In this document: positions 27,808 to 37,640 of the stretch, piece by piece | Layout of the letters: each line of letters opens with the position of its first letter | Numbering within the stretch: the first letter of the stretch is position 1 | NCBI GenBank assembly: GCA_965263035.1 | Contig: OZ253580.1 | Span: 2,944,001 to 3,008,000, forward strand | Source: Acidobacteriota bacterium | Lineage (GTDB): Bacteria; Acidobacteriota; UBA6911; RPQK01; JAJDTT01 | Direction of reading: 5' to 3' | Length of the DNA stretch: 64,000 bases | Program-made: the position numbers and the translations under genes | The notes under the pieces: model-generated | The model's database searches: none | Told to the model about the DNA's origin: nothing | What the model saw: only the letters and a program-made list of their open reading frames with translations

Positions 27808-29174
27808 AGCCCGAGTTTTTCCATCCGCCGGTAGAGGGCGGTCCGGCTCATTCCCAGGCTTCGAGCGGCTCGGCTCACGTTGCCGCCAGTGCGGGCCAGG
27901 GCCTTGCCGATCAGAACGCCTTCAGCTTCCTCCAGGGTCATCATTTCCAGAGGATTCGAATACGGCGAGTCCGCCGGCAGGCTCAGGTCCTGGACCGAAA
28001 TGGAGGACTCCCGGGCGAGCAGGACGGAGCGTTCCACCACATGGCTGAGCTCCCGGACGTTTCCCGGCCAGGAGTAGTGGGCCAGGGCAGCCAGGGCCGG
28101 TTCGCTGAAACCGTCCAGCGGTTTCCGGTATTTCTGGTTGTAGCGGCCCAGGAAGTGGTTGGCCAAGAGGAGGATGTCCTCGCCCCGGTCTCTCAACGGA
28201 GGAAGGCGGATCTCCACCGTGTTGAGCCGGAACAGGAGGTCCTCCCGGAACCGGCCGCGGGCCACCTCCCGCCTCAGGTCGGCGTTGGTGGCCGACAGCA
28301 CCCGCACGTCGACGTGTTTGGTGCGGGAGGAGCCGACGCGCTGCATCTCTCCGCTCTCCAGGACTCGGAGGAGGTTGGCCTGCTGGCTCACGGGGATGCT
28401 GGAGATCTCGTCCAACAGCAGCGTGCCCCCGTCGGCCAGTTCGAAGCGCCCGATGCGGTCCGTTCGGGCATCGGTGAAGGCGCCCTTGACGTGCCCGAAC
28501 ATCTCGCTGACGAAGACGCCTTCGGAAAGGCCTCCCAGGTTGACGGCCACCAGAGGCTTGGAGGAGCGTGCCGAGACCGAGTGCAAGGTCCGGGCCACCA
28601 CTTCCTTGCCGGTGCCGTGCTCGCCGGTGATCAGCACATGAGCGTCGGAGGGACCCACGCGGGCGATCAGATCCAGGACCGGCCGCATGACTGAGGACTG
28701 GGTAATCAGGCGTACGTGTTGCCGGGAGCGGAGGACGCGGTTCTCCTCCTCCAGCCGCCGTCCCTGACGCAACGCCCGCCGGAGCTCGATCTGATTCCTC
28801 AAGACGGTAAGGAGGCGCTCGTTCTCCCAGGGTTTCTGGAGGAAGTCCCGGGCGCCGCGCCGCATGGCCTCCACGGCCAGGTCGATGGTGCCCCAGGCGG
28901 TCATCACCACCACCCGCAGCGAGCCGTCCGACGCCAGCAACCGGGTCAGGAGATCGAGCCCCTCCCGGCCCGAAGTGGTGTCCCGGGCGTAGTTCATGTC
29001 CATCAGGATGACGTCGAGGTCGAGACGCCGGGCGCACTCGAGGACGCGCGCGGGAGTGTCGGCGGTGGTGATTTCGTAATCTTCGCTCTTCAGAAGTAGC
29101 CGGAGGGAATGGAGCACGTTGGCCTGATCGTCGGCAATCAGGACACGGGGTTTCTTGGGGCGGGTTGTTGGCAT
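27804..29174 (-). CDS. Sigma54-dependent response regulator (NtrC/Fis family)
   Basis: Receiver domain, GEHGTGKE, GAFTDA, FREDL, WPGNVREL and C-terminal HTH. Confidence 0.95.
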   Translation of the reverse strand: MPTTRPKKPRVLIADDQANVLHSLRLLLKSEDYEITTADTPARVLECARRLDLDVILMDMNYARDTTSGREGLDLLTRLLASDGSLRVVVMTAWGTIDLAVEAMRRGARDFLQKPWENERLLTVLRNQIELRRALRQGRRLEEENRVLRSRQHVRLITQSSVMRPVLDLIARVGPSDAHVLITGEHGTGKEVVARTLHSVSARSSKPLVAVNLGGLSEGVFVSEMFGHVKGAFTDARTDRIGRFELADGGTLLLDEISSIPVSQQANLLRVLESGEMQRVGSSRTKHVDVRVLSATNADLRREVARGRFREDLLFRLNTVEIRLPPLRDRGEDILLLANHFLGRYNQKYRKPLDGFSEPALAALAHYSWPGNVRELSHVVERSVLLARESSISVQDLSLPADSPYSNPLEMMTLEEAEGVLIGKALARTGGNVSRAARSLGMSRTALYRRMEKLGL

Positions 29175-29202
29175 CGTCTTCGTAGCTCAGGTCCGCTGGG
29201 AA

Positions 29203-31719
29203 TCATTCATGGCGCAGCGCCTCCATGGGTTCCAATCGGATGATGCCGTAGGCGGGGACCCAGCTCGCCAAAAGAGACGCGGCCACGACTACCAGAGAGG
29301 CGACTAGATAAGTTACCGGATCCAACGCGTCCAAATCGGACACGAAATGCCCGATCAGTCGGCTCAAGCCGATTGCCGCACCAACGCCGATGGAGAGACC
29401 GATGACAACCAGCACCATCGCTCGCTTGAGGATCAGCCAAGCCGTGTGACCGCGCCTTGCTCCCATGGCCAGCCGAACCGCGATCTCGCGGGTCCGGCGA
29501 ATGACCGAGTGGGAGAGGACTCCATACAATCCAACCGAGGCCAATGTCAAAGTCAGAAGGCCGCAAGCACCGAACAGGAAGTTCACGAACAGCCACGGAG
29601 CTACGTTTTCTGCAATCGTGTCCGACAAGGAAGATGGGCCGTAAGTCGGCAAATCCGGGTCCAGTTCGCGCACGGCCCGGCGCATGGTGGCGACCGTTTC
29701 GGAAGTCTGTTGTCGGGAGCGCGCCATGAGGGTGAAGCTTCCTTGATATCGCTGGAGCAACGAAAAGTACACATACGGCTTTTGGCCGCCGCCGAGCCGT
29801 CGGTATTGGATCTTTCCGGCGACTCCCACCACCTCCCAGCTTCCTGACCCGGAAAAGATCTGTTTTCCAATGGGATCGGCGTTGGGCCAGAGTCGTTCAG
29901 CCACCGGCTGACTGATGATAGCGACTGGCTGGAAGTCCTGGTCGTCTGTCCAGCGAAAGTCGCGACCCCGGACCAGGGGCATTCGGACGGTCTCGAAGTA
30001 TTTGGGCCCAATGGAGTTGACTTCGACTGCAACCCCCCGTTCTCTGCTATTTAGCCCGACGTTAGCCCCTGCCGATCTATTGGCGGCAGGAGCGAACTGC
30101 GCCAGCGTCGCGGACTCCACGCTTGGTGCCGTTTCCACACGTCGCAGGAGTTGTCTCAAGAAAAGGGCTCCTCGCGTTTCGTCGTACCCTTGTGTAGCCA
30201 TGTCTACCGACAGTGTGCTCACATTCGCGGGCTCGAACCCCGGATCCAGAGCGAGCCGATTTCCGAGGGTGCGGATAGACAACCCTGCCACGACCAGCAG
30301 TGTAAAGGACAAGGCCACCTGAAGGATGACCAGGAAGTGCCGCCAGCGCCCCGACCGTAACCGACCGTAACGCTCCGTGGACTTGAGTTCCGAGAACAGG
30401 TCGATTCGGCTGGACTGTACCGCTGGAACGAGGCCGAAGACAATGGCTGTCGTCAGTGTGAGGAACAGAGTGAACAATAGCGTGCGGTTGTCCAGGTCGA
30501 GACCGACGTTCAGCAGGTCCAACCGGAGGAGATGGCTCGGGACCGAGAATAAAGACACCATTGCCATAAACCAGGGCCCCACCAGGATGGCGGCGGCGCC
30601 TCCAGCCAGAAAGAGCACGGCCGTCTCGGTAAGGAGGTAGCGCGCCAAACGTTGCCGGCTGGCACCGGCAGCCAGCCGGATGGCCATCTCGAGCCTCCTT
30701 CCCCTGGCGCGAGAGAGAAGAAGATTGGCGACGTTGGTGCAAGCGATCAAGAGCACGGAACCCATGATCGCACCCAGGATGATGCCTGTGAGCTGGATTT
30801 GGGATTGCTCATTTTGGCCAATCGTTCCCCGGTGGTTTGGCCCCAAGCGCAGGATTCGATTTTTCCAGCCGGGATCTTCGAGTGCCAGTTGGGGGACAAT
30901 GGCGGCCAAACTGGATTGGGCACTTTCCAGGGTCATATCGGGTTTGAGACGTCCGATCATTCTCAGCCAACTGTAGTTGGGATTGTCGAGGCGATTCGGC
31001 GGCCAGACTTGTGGCTGCATCATCATAGGCACCCAAACGTCCGCACTTCCCCCGGAGAATCCTTTGAAACGCTTTGGCACGACTCCTATCAGCGTGAATG
31101 GATGACCGTTCACTTTGACGGTTTTTCCGACAACCTCTCGACTGCGGTGAAACCGCTCTCGCCAGAGGCGATCACTGATCATGGCCACCGGATGACGCCC
31201 GGGAGTTTGTCCCTCCTCCGGCAGAAAGCCCCGACCGACGCTGGGTTCGATCCCAAGGACCTCGGTGAAGTTTGCGGACACCATCTCTCCGTTAAGCCTT
31301 TCCGTGAATCCATCGGCACTAAGGTGGACGCTGAACAGGCTCCAGGCAATCAGACCGGAGAAAGCTTGGTTGGCTTCCCTGATTGTGAGATAGACGGGGA
31401 AGGGAAAACCTTGGTTATGGCTATCTTGCCGACCTCGAATAGCAGACCCGAGACTCACGATCTGGCGGGGATTCGGTACCGGTAGCGGACGAAAACCAAG
31501 GGTGTCGACCAGAGTGAAGACCGCGGTATTCACACCGATCCCGAGAGCCAAAGTTACGATGGCTACAATCGTGAAACCAGGATTCCTGGCCAGCGTCCGA
31601 AACGAGAGCCTGACGTCTCTGACGGTGTCCTCCACGTAAAGCGACAGACTCCGCGATCTCTCCTTCTTCTTCTGCCCGTCGTCTGTGGAAGATGTCGCCC
31701 TCTGGCGTCGATCCCTCAT
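29203..31719 (-). CDS. Duplicated MacB/FtsX-type ABC permease (ADOP family)
   Basis: RNPGFT...TLALGIGVNTAVF, LLIACTNVANLLL, GLYGVLS...RRTREIAVR and C-terminal PMEALRHE. Start uncertain (31635 GTG or 31719 ATG). Confidence 0.9.
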   Translation of the reverse strand: MRDRRQRATSSTDDGQKKKERSRSLSLYVEDTVRDVRLSFRTLARNPGFTIVAIVTLALGIGVNTAVFTLVDTLGFRPLPVPNPRQIVSLGSAIRGRQDSHNQGFPFPVYLTIREANQAFSGLIAWSLFSVHLSADGFTERLNGEMVSANFTEVLGIEPSVGRGFLPEEGQTPGRHPVAMISDRLWRERFHRSREVVGKTVKVNGHPFTLIGVVPKRFKGFSGGSADVWVPMMMQPQVWPPNRLDNPNYSWLRMIGRLKPDMTLESAQSSLAAIVPQLALEDPGWKNRILRLGPNHRGTIGQNEQSQIQLTGIILGAIMGSVLLIACTNVANLLLSRARGRRLEMAIRLAAGASRQRLARYLLTETAVLFLAGGAAAILVGPWFMAMVSLFSVPSHLLRLDLLNVGLDLDNRTLLFTLFLTLTTAIVFGLVPAVQSSRIDLFSELKSTERYGRLRSGRWRHFLVILQVALSFTLLVVAGLSIRTLGNRLALDPGFEPANVSTLSVDMATQGYDETRGALFLRQLLRRVETAPSVESATLAQFAPAANRSAGANVGLNSRERGVAVEVNSIGPKYFETVRMPLVRGRDFRWTDDQDFQPVAIISQPVAERLWPNADPIGKQIFSGSGSWEVVGVAGKIQYRRLGGGQKPYVYFSLLQRYQGSFTLMARSRQQTSETVATMRRAVRELDPDLPTYGPSSLSDTIAENVAPWLFVNFLFGACGLLTLTLASVGLYGVLSHSVIRRTREIAVRLAMGARRGHTAWLILKRAMVLVVIGLSIGVGAAIGLSRLIGHFVSDLDALDPVTYLVASLVVVAASLLASWVPAYGIIRLEPMEALRHE

Positions 31720-31754
31720 CCATGCACCTCCTAATGGCCGCTTGCAGGAGTGTT

Positions 31755-32453
31755 CTACGTTGCCTCGTCCTCGTCGACGATCTGCCCGTCGAAGAGGTGC
31801 ACGGACCGCTCGGCATGATCGGCGTACCGGGGATCGTGGGTGACGATGCAAATGGTGGCGCCTTCCCGGTGCAGCTCGTCTAGAAGCCCCATGACGGCTC
31901 CACCGTTTCTGGAGTCCAGATTTCCGGTGGGCTCGTCCGCCAGGAGGATCGCCGGTCGTCCCACCAGGGCCCGTGCCACCGCCACGCGCTGTTGTTGACC
32001 GCCCGAGAGCTGAGTGGGGTAGTGGTTCATCCGGTGGGACATGCTGACCCGCTCCAGGGATTCCTCCACGCGCCGGCGCCGCTCGCCCCGTTTCAGATTG
32101 CGGTAGGTCAGGGGCAACTCCACGTTCTCGAAGACTCGGAGATCGCCGATGAGGTTGAAGTTCTGGAAGACGAATCCGATCTCCCGGTTTCTCAGGTGGG
32201 TCCTCTGAGCAAAGGAGAGGCCCGCTACCGAGTGGCCTTGGAGGTAGTATTCTCCGGAGGTGGGAGCATCCAGCAGTCCCATGATGGAGAGCAGAGTGGA
32301 TTTGCCGCAGCCCGAAGGGCCGGCAATGGAGACGTAATCACCCGGTCTCACGCCGAGGTGAACCCCCGACAAGGCATGGGTCTCCACCTCCTCCGTCAGG
32401 AAGATCTTGGTGATCCCGTTCATCCGAATCAGCCATTCTCCGTTTCCTTCCAT
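31755..32453 (-). CDS. ABC transporter ATP-binding protein (MacB/LolD-like)
   Basis: GPSGCGKST, LSGGQQQRVA and ADEPTGNLD motifs. Confidence 0.95.
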   Translation of the reverse strand: MEGNGEWLIRMNGITKIFLTEEVETHALSGVHLGVRPGDYVSIAGPSGCGKSTLLSIMGLLDAPTSGEYYLQGHSVAGLSFAQRTHLRNREIGFVFQNFNLIGDLRVFENVELPLTYRNLKRGERRRRVEESLERVSMSHRMNHYPTQLSGGQQQRVAVARALVGRPAILLADEPTGNLDSRNGGAVMGLLDELHREGATICIVTHDPRYADHAERSVHLFDGQIVDEDEAT

Positions 32454-32483
32454 ATATTCTTCTCCTTGGTCTGATCTTTACGT

Positions 32484-33737
32484 CTACTCCAGCCGAATCC
32501 GGTCATGATCCTTCCATTGAGCCATGTCGGAGAGCACCACCTGGTCCCCTAGTTTCAGGCCCTCCAGAATCTGAATTTCGCTGACCGAACTGGCCCCCAG
32601 GTCGACCCGGACCCGCTGGGCATGAATCCCGTCCGACTCCAATCGGAAGAGGCTTCCCGAGCCGTCCTCCTGGCTGAAACCGGGCCGCGGCATGTAGAGG
32701 ACGTCTTCCAAATGCTCCAGCTCCACGGTTCCGTCCACGCTCAGGTCGGGGCGCGCCCCCCGGGGCAGCTTCCCCTCGAGCGCCACGTCAACGGTCACCA
32801 GCCCCTCCTTCACGACCGGGTCGATCCGCGAAACCCGTCCCGGGACCGTGCCGTTTCGAGTGTCGACCTCCGCCCTCTGTCCCACCTCCAGATCGCGCGC
32901 CTGGGTCGCCGCCACCTCGATCTCCGCCTTGAGCCGGCGGGGTTCGGCGATCCGGACCAGATTCGTGCCCGGAGTGACCTGCTGGCCCATTTCCACTTCC
33001 ACCTGTTGCAGGACTCCGGGAATCCCGGGCCGCACCCTCAAGGACTCCAACTGGCTCCGCCGCAGGGCATGAAGCAGGCGCCGTTGCTCGACTTCCGCCT
33101 CTTTGGCCTCCAGTTGGGCCTCCAGTGATTTGGAAAAGATGTCCATTCTTCTCTTTTCCAGGAGACGTTGAGTCTCGAGGGCCTCGGCTCGGCTCCGGCT
33201 GATCTTGGTATCCATCTCTGAGACCAGTCCCTCGCGAAGGAGCGCAGCGTCCGCCTCTGCCCTCAGAGTCGCCTCCAGATAATCGGACTCGACCCGGGCG
33301 GCGGCGGCCTGGCGTTGCATTTTCTCGCTTTCAAGCTGGACCCGGAGATGAGCCAGCTCCGCTTCAACCCGTTTCAACTGGCTCTCCGCGTCCAGAGCCT
33401 GCTGCTCCAGCTCCGGGTTGCTCAGTTCCAGAATAACCGTCTCGGGAGTGACCCGTTCGCCCGGTTGGATCAGCACTCGCTCGACGCGGCCCTGGGTGGC
33501 GGCGGGAATCCAGCGGATGACTTCGGGGATCAGCTTGCCCAGTCCGCGGACCCGTCGGGTGAGATCGCCCCTCTTGACCTCTCCCATCCACAGGGTGGTC
33601 CGGTCGACACGGGGCGCGGCCGGCTCCAGGCGGGAAAGACCCGCACTGATGGCTGCAATGGAGACGATTGCCGTGAGTACGTAAAGGGTGTGCCGGATTC
33701 TACGCTGGCGAGCGGCGAAAGGTCGCGGGATGTCCAT
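32484..33737 (-). CDS. Efflux periplasmic adaptor (HlyD/MacA family)
   Basis: N-terminal TM, GRVERV..PG, long coiled-coil hairpin, RPDLSVDG. Confidence 0.9.
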   Translation of the reverse strand: MDIPRPFAARQRRIRHTLYVLTAIVSIAAISAGLSRLEPAAPRVDRTTLWMGEVKRGDLTRRVRGLGKLIPEVIRWIPAATQGRVERVLIQPGERVTPETVILELSNPELEQQALDAESQLKRVEAELAHLRVQLESEKMQRQAAAARVESDYLEATLRAEADAALLREGLVSEMDTKISRSRAEALETQRLLEKRRMDIFSKSLEAQLEAKEAEVEQRRLLHALRRSQLESLRVRPGIPGVLQQVEVEMGQQVTPGTNLVRIAEPRRLKAEIEVAATQARDLEVGQRAEVDTRNGTVPGRVSRIDPVVKEGLVTVDVALEGKLPRGARPDLSVDGTVELEHLEDVLYMPRPGFSQEDGSGSLFRLESDGIHAQRVRVDLGASSVSEIQILEGLKLGDQVVLSDMAQWKDHDRIRLE

Positions 33738-33749
33738 GCAGAACATCCG

Positions 33750-33766
33750 AGCAATCAGTGTGCCAA
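33750..33766 (-). promoter_or_regulatory. Sigma54 -24/-12 promoter of the HlyD-ABC-ADOP operon
   Basis: Minus strand reads TTGGCACACTGATTGCT (TGGCAC-N5-TTGC). Confidence 0.85.
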
Positions 33767-33839
33767 CGTGGCCCTAATACTCAAGTGTATGTAATTCTAC
33801 GACTTATACGAATATAGACATTCGCGTCCGGAACTCCGA

Positions 33840-33877
33840 GTGTCCGTTTTCGGGACCAAGTGTCCGGAAACGGACAC
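33840..33877. promoter_or_regulatory. Putative enhancer (UAS) 1 for the sigma54 activator
   Basis: Perfect palindrome GTGTCCG-GAAA-CGGACAC plus a degenerate site 20 bp away, ~75-110 bp upstream of the -24 element. Confidence 0.7.
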
Positions 33878-33975
33878 TTGGATCGCCATGGACCTCAGCC
33901 GACGCGCGTCGGTCCGTCGGCCTACCTTGGCATCGGTTTCTGTTTCCTTGGGATCGCGGATCGAAACTCATCGGA

Positions 33976-34113
33976 TCACTCGCTCCTGAGCACGGTCATC
34001 GGCTCCACTCTGGCCACCCTGAAAGCAGGAATCCAGGCCGCGGCAATCCCCGTACCGGCCAAGAGCAGAACGACGGCAAGTAAACTGCCGGCATCCGTCC
34101 CGGCCACACCGTA
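33976..34113 (-). pseudogene. C-terminal fragment of a second ADOP permease
   Basis: YGVAGTDAGSLLAVVLLLAGTGIAAAWIPAFRVARVEPMTVLRSE*, matching the ADOP C-terminus. Confidence 0.8.
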
Positions 34114-34455
34114 CTCATCGCACTCACCCTGTCGGCTTGCTCGTCGCGCCGGACGGCACCCACGAATGAATTTGGTGTCGGAATCGCCAATGTCATCCAC
34201 ACAGTTCGTTCTGAACTGATTAAATCCAAAAAGCGCGTACTGAAGGAAGCCAAATGTCAAGGACTCCCGCCACAGTTTCTATTTGAGGGGGACACGTTTG
34301 AATTGGAACTCCATGTTGGAGTCTCGGAGGAGAGTTCCGTGGAAGGCGGGTTGAAGGTCGGAGTCATCAGTGCCGGTGCCAGAGGCTCCTACAGGGAAGA
34401 GGAGATACAGAAGATCCGGCTCAAATTCAAGATGCCCGACGTGAAGACCCGGTAG
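34111..34455 (+). pseudogene. 5'-truncated lipoprotein with Trypco2-like domain
   Basis: Start-less 114-codon frame: VLIALTLSAC...GIANVIHTVRSELI...FELELHVGVSEESSVEGGLKVGVISAGARGSYREEEIQKIRLKFK*. Confidence 0.6.
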
Positions 34456-35043
34456 AGGTCCATCCCCCAGCTCCCAATCACGGGAGTGGCACACACAAGC
34501 CAAATCGGTTTAGTGCATGGGGCGCTCTCTTGTATGCGGGCCATGGAGGCGGGATTGGCTCGGTCGGTGAAGATCAGTGGACCAACTCTTGCCGATGTGA
34601 TGCGTCCGGTGAACTGCTGACCTGTCGGTCGGTTCCTCGGAGAAGATGAATGGCGGAAATGTGAGACGGCTGTCAAGTTCTCTGGATAATCTCCAACGCA
34701 TTACCGCCCGCATTCCAATCTGCAGAACACCAAAGGGACGCGGTCCACCTCAAAGACTCGGACACAAGCATGTGAGAGTCCCTAAAAAAATCAAAGTTCG
34801 GAAGAACCCGAGGACGCGCAATGACAAATGCAGACACGAGTGGATTACGAATATCCTGACTCAAGACGAGAAAAAGGAACTGCGACGAAAGGGCAGGTCA
34901 TGGGGCACTATCGTCAGTCCCAGGTGCAAAACTGGTACGGCTAAACTATTGAAGGGCAGGGAATAAACTCTTGCCTCAGACACAACTCGGCATCTCTGCT
35001 GACCCGTTCATCAGTCCAGCCCCAGACGGATGAAAGAACGCTC

Positions 35044-35085
35044 TGTCAATGGCCAGAACCCTGACATTTTCGACGGCCATTGACA
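35044..35085. mobile_element. IS21-like terminal remnant / mini element
   Basis: TGTCAATGGCC...GGCCATTGACA inverted repeat, with a similar CCTGACATT.TCGACGG repeat ~20 bp downstream. Confidence 0.45.
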
Positions 35086-35185
35086 GGGGAGATCACCCCC
35101 AAACGCCTGACATTGTCGACGGGCAACATCCCGCAGTTTTACATGCCCGCCACCAGCGCGTCGAAAGAAGTTCATAGTGATCCAA

Positions 35186-35223
35186 GTGTCCGATTGCGGA
35201 CACCTGAACCCGGAAACGGACAC
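35186..35223. promoter_or_regulatory. Putative enhancer (UAS) 2
   Basis: GTGTCCG-ATTG-CGGACAC plus a second site GAACCCG-GAAA-CGGACAC 20 bp away. Confidence 0.7.
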
Positions 35224-35296
35224 TCGGAGTTCTGGACTCAAATATCCATACTCGTATAAGTCATTGAATTAAATGCATTTGAATTTCATGCTCACC

Positions 35297-35313
35297 TTGG
35301 CACGCTAATTGCA
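35297..35313 (+). promoter_or_regulatory. Second sigma54 promoter
   Basis: TTGGCACGCTAATTGCA, near-consensus, with the same spacing to its UAS as copy 1. Confidence 0.85.
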
Positions 35314-35324
35314 TGTTTGGTCGC

Positions 35325-35410
35325 ATGGATATCCCGCGACCCTGCCGCTCGCCGCCGTAGACTCCGACACACCCTCTACCTGCTAGCGGCAATCGGCGCC
35401 ATCACCGCCT
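35325..35410 (+). pseudogene. Frameshifted 5' fragment of an HlyD paralog
   Basis: MDIPRP / AARRRRLRHTLYLLAAI versus intact MDIPRPFAARQRRIRHTLYVLTAI; 2-nt deletion. Confidence 0.8.
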
Positions 35411-35497
35411 CCGGTCCGCTACGCAGATGGAAGACGCTCGCGCTCCGATTCTTAGGGGAGGAGCATATCCCCAAATCAATCACACGAAGGAGGAACT

Positions 35498-36273
35498 ATG
35501 AAACTCGCTCGCTGGCATCTTTGGGTTGTGGGCGTGGCCCTTGTCTTGCTTGTGGATTTGTGGTTCAGGCCGGACCACAGACCCGGACCAACCCATCACC
35601 CTGACCTTGAAGAGTCACGCGCTTCGCATGACCCCACTTCTCCGCTTCCACCTGCGGGGTTCGACCTCGACTGCGTGTCCTGTCCTCCGAGAACACCCGA
35701 GAGTGCAAAGCGAGTCCCCGCGGGTCACGAGGCCAGAGAAGCCTGCAAGGAATTTCTACGCGCCGCTGCGGAGCAAGGAAGACCGGATGCCGACACGTCC
35801 CACCTAGAAGATTGCAGAGACACTCCCTTGTTCCATGCCTCCACAGCCGAGCAGGTCCACGCACTCCTAGCTGCCGGGGCTGCAATATTCATGGCGATTA
35901 CGGCCACACACCTCTGTACGGGCATCTGCACAGGGTGATGATACTGCCAACTGAGGACGGTGCCAGCATGGTCCAGGCACTGCTTGACGGCGGGGCCGAC
36001 CCATGGATGAAGACTCTTGATGGGAAACTTCCCTACGAGGTGGCTCGTACCATGAATATGAGCGGCATGATCAAGGTCCAGGGGGAGAAGTTCATCAAGG
36101 CAAAGATGGCGGAAGAGGGGATCACCGAGGCGCAGATGTTTGCCGACCGCCCCGGATTTGCCGAGGCTATGGAGCAGATGCGCCGAGCTCCGGAAATCGC
36201 CAACATAACCATCGTGTCTCTCATGGAAGCCATGGAGGATGCAAAACCTGACCTGATGAGGAATCTGCAATGA
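35498..36273 (+). pseudogene. Membrane-anchored ankyrin-repeat protein, frameshifted near 35880
   Basis: Strong AGGAGG RBS and N-terminal TM. DTPLFHA...VHALLAAGA continues in another frame as NIHGDYGHTPLY...VQALLDGGADP..KTLDGKLPYEVA. Confidence 0.72.
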
Positions 36274-36433
36274 AGAAAACAATCGTTACCACAGTACTTT
36301 TCGTCTTGGTGTTGTCACTCGCCGGGACTTTCGTTGTCGAGAAGGTACAGGCCCAATAGTGGTGTGAACAAACCCTCCAGCGATGCTTGGACCGGGCTTG
36401 GTCGTGGTATCAAGACTGCCTACGGCGCAACGA
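36270..36433 (+). pseudogene. Small secreted Cys-rich protein with internal TAG, cut by IS3
   Basis: ATGA overlap with the ankyrin gene; MKKTIVTTVLFVLVLSLAGTFVVEKVQAQ*WCEQTLQRCLDRAWSWYQDCLRRN. Confidence 0.55.
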
Positions 36434-36499
36434 TGAAGTGGTCCCAGATTTTTGGACCAGGGGTTAAGGTAGACTCCAGAGCCTTCGAGGAGGTCTGGA

Positions 36500-36783
36500 A
36501 TGGCAACGAAACGGAGACGATTCACGGCGGAGTTCAAGAAGCGAGTGGCGCTGGACGCGCTCCGCGGAGACCACACGATTCAAGCGGTTGCGGCCAAGCA
36601 CCAAGTGCATCCGAGCCAGGTGAGCACCTGGAAGCGTCAGGCCGTGGAGGGACTGCGGGAGGTGTTCTCAAACGGGCGCTCCAAGCGCGAGAAGAACCAC
36701 GAAGCGAGGATTCGGGAGCTCCACGCGAAGATTGGAGAGTTGACGGTGGAGCGGGATTTTTTCTGCGCGGGTTGGGACGCTGA
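36500..36783 (+). CDS. IS3 transposase OrfA (HTH); 1-nt frame defect near its end
   Basis: KRRRFTAEFKKRVAL...WKRQ...KIGELTVERDF; the expected end LRGLGR* lies in the -1 frame. Confidence 0.8.
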
Positions 36784-36803
36784 GTCGGTCCGAGCGGATC
36801 GGG

Positions 36804-37616
36804 ATGATGGAACGGGACGGGGAGTTGAGCGAGCGTCGGCAGTGCCGGTTGCTGGGGATCAGTCGATCCTCGCTGTATTACACGCCAAAGGGGGAGAGCC
36901 CGGAGAACCTGGTGCTGATGCGCCGCCTGGACGAGTTGTCTCTCCAGTATCCGTTCTACGGTAGCCGACAGATGAGGCGGCACCTGCGCCGCGAAGGGGT
37001 CCGAGTGGGTCGGCACCGGATTCGGCGTTTGATGCGGCTCCTGGGGCTGAAGACCATCTACCCGAAGCCGAGAACCAGCACGGCCCGGTCCGAACACCGT
37101 GTCTACCCCTATCTGCTTCGGGGCCTAAAGATCGAAGAGCCCCATCAGGTTTGGTGCGCGGACATCATGTATATCCCGGTCTACAAAGGGTATTTGTACC
37201 TGGTGTCGGTGATGGACTGGGCCAGTCGGTACGTACTGTCGTGGCGGTTGTCCAACACCCTGGACAGCGAGTTCTGTGTCGAGGCTCTGGAAAGGGCGCT
37301 CTCTCAAGGGGTCCCGACGATCTTCAACACGGATCAGGGGGCGCAGTTCACGAGCCGGGTGTTCACCGAGCGGGTGCAGGCGTCCGGGGCGCGGTGCTCG
37401 ATGGATGGTCGCGGTCGTTGCCTGGACAACGTGTTCATCGAACGGCTGTGGCGGTCGCTGAAGTACGAAGCCGTGTACTTGCGGGAACTGGCGGACGGAT
37501 TCGAGGCGTCACGGGTGATCGGGGAGTGGATGGAGTTCTACAACGGGGAGCGGCCGCACTCGGCGCTGGGTGGGCGGATCCCAGGGGAAGCTCACCACGG
37601 GAGGGAGGCAGCGTGA
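36804..37616 (+). CDS. IS3 transposase OrfB (rve DDE integrase)
   Basis: WCADIMYI, NTDQGAQFTS, DNVFIERLWRSLKYE and YNGERPHSALG motifs. Confidence 0.93.
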   Translation: MMERDGELSERRQCRLLGISRSSLYYTPKGESPENLVLMRRLDELSLQYPFYGSRQMRRHLRREGVRVGRHRIRRLMRLLGLKTIYPKPRTSTARSEHRVYPYLLRGLKIEEPHQVWCADIMYIPVYKGYLYLVSVMDWASRYVLSWRLSNTLDSEFCVEALERALSQGVPTIFNTDQGAQFTSRVFTERVQASGARCSMDGRGRCLDNVFIERLWRSLKYEAVYLRELADGFEASRVIGEWMEFYNGERPHSALGGRIPGEAHHGREAA

Positions 37617-37640
37617 AGTCGGGACACCGGAGCTCCGGAT

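Noticed and set aside
34646-34966. 106-aa basic ORF in the lower-GC segment
   Set aside because: No recognisable motif; could be a degraded fragment; insufficient support
25477-36359. Two in-frame TAG codons with open downstream frames suggesting amber recoding/pyrrolysine
   Set aside because: TAG is the normal terminator of many intact genes here, no pyl genes are seen, and both cases lie in a decaying island
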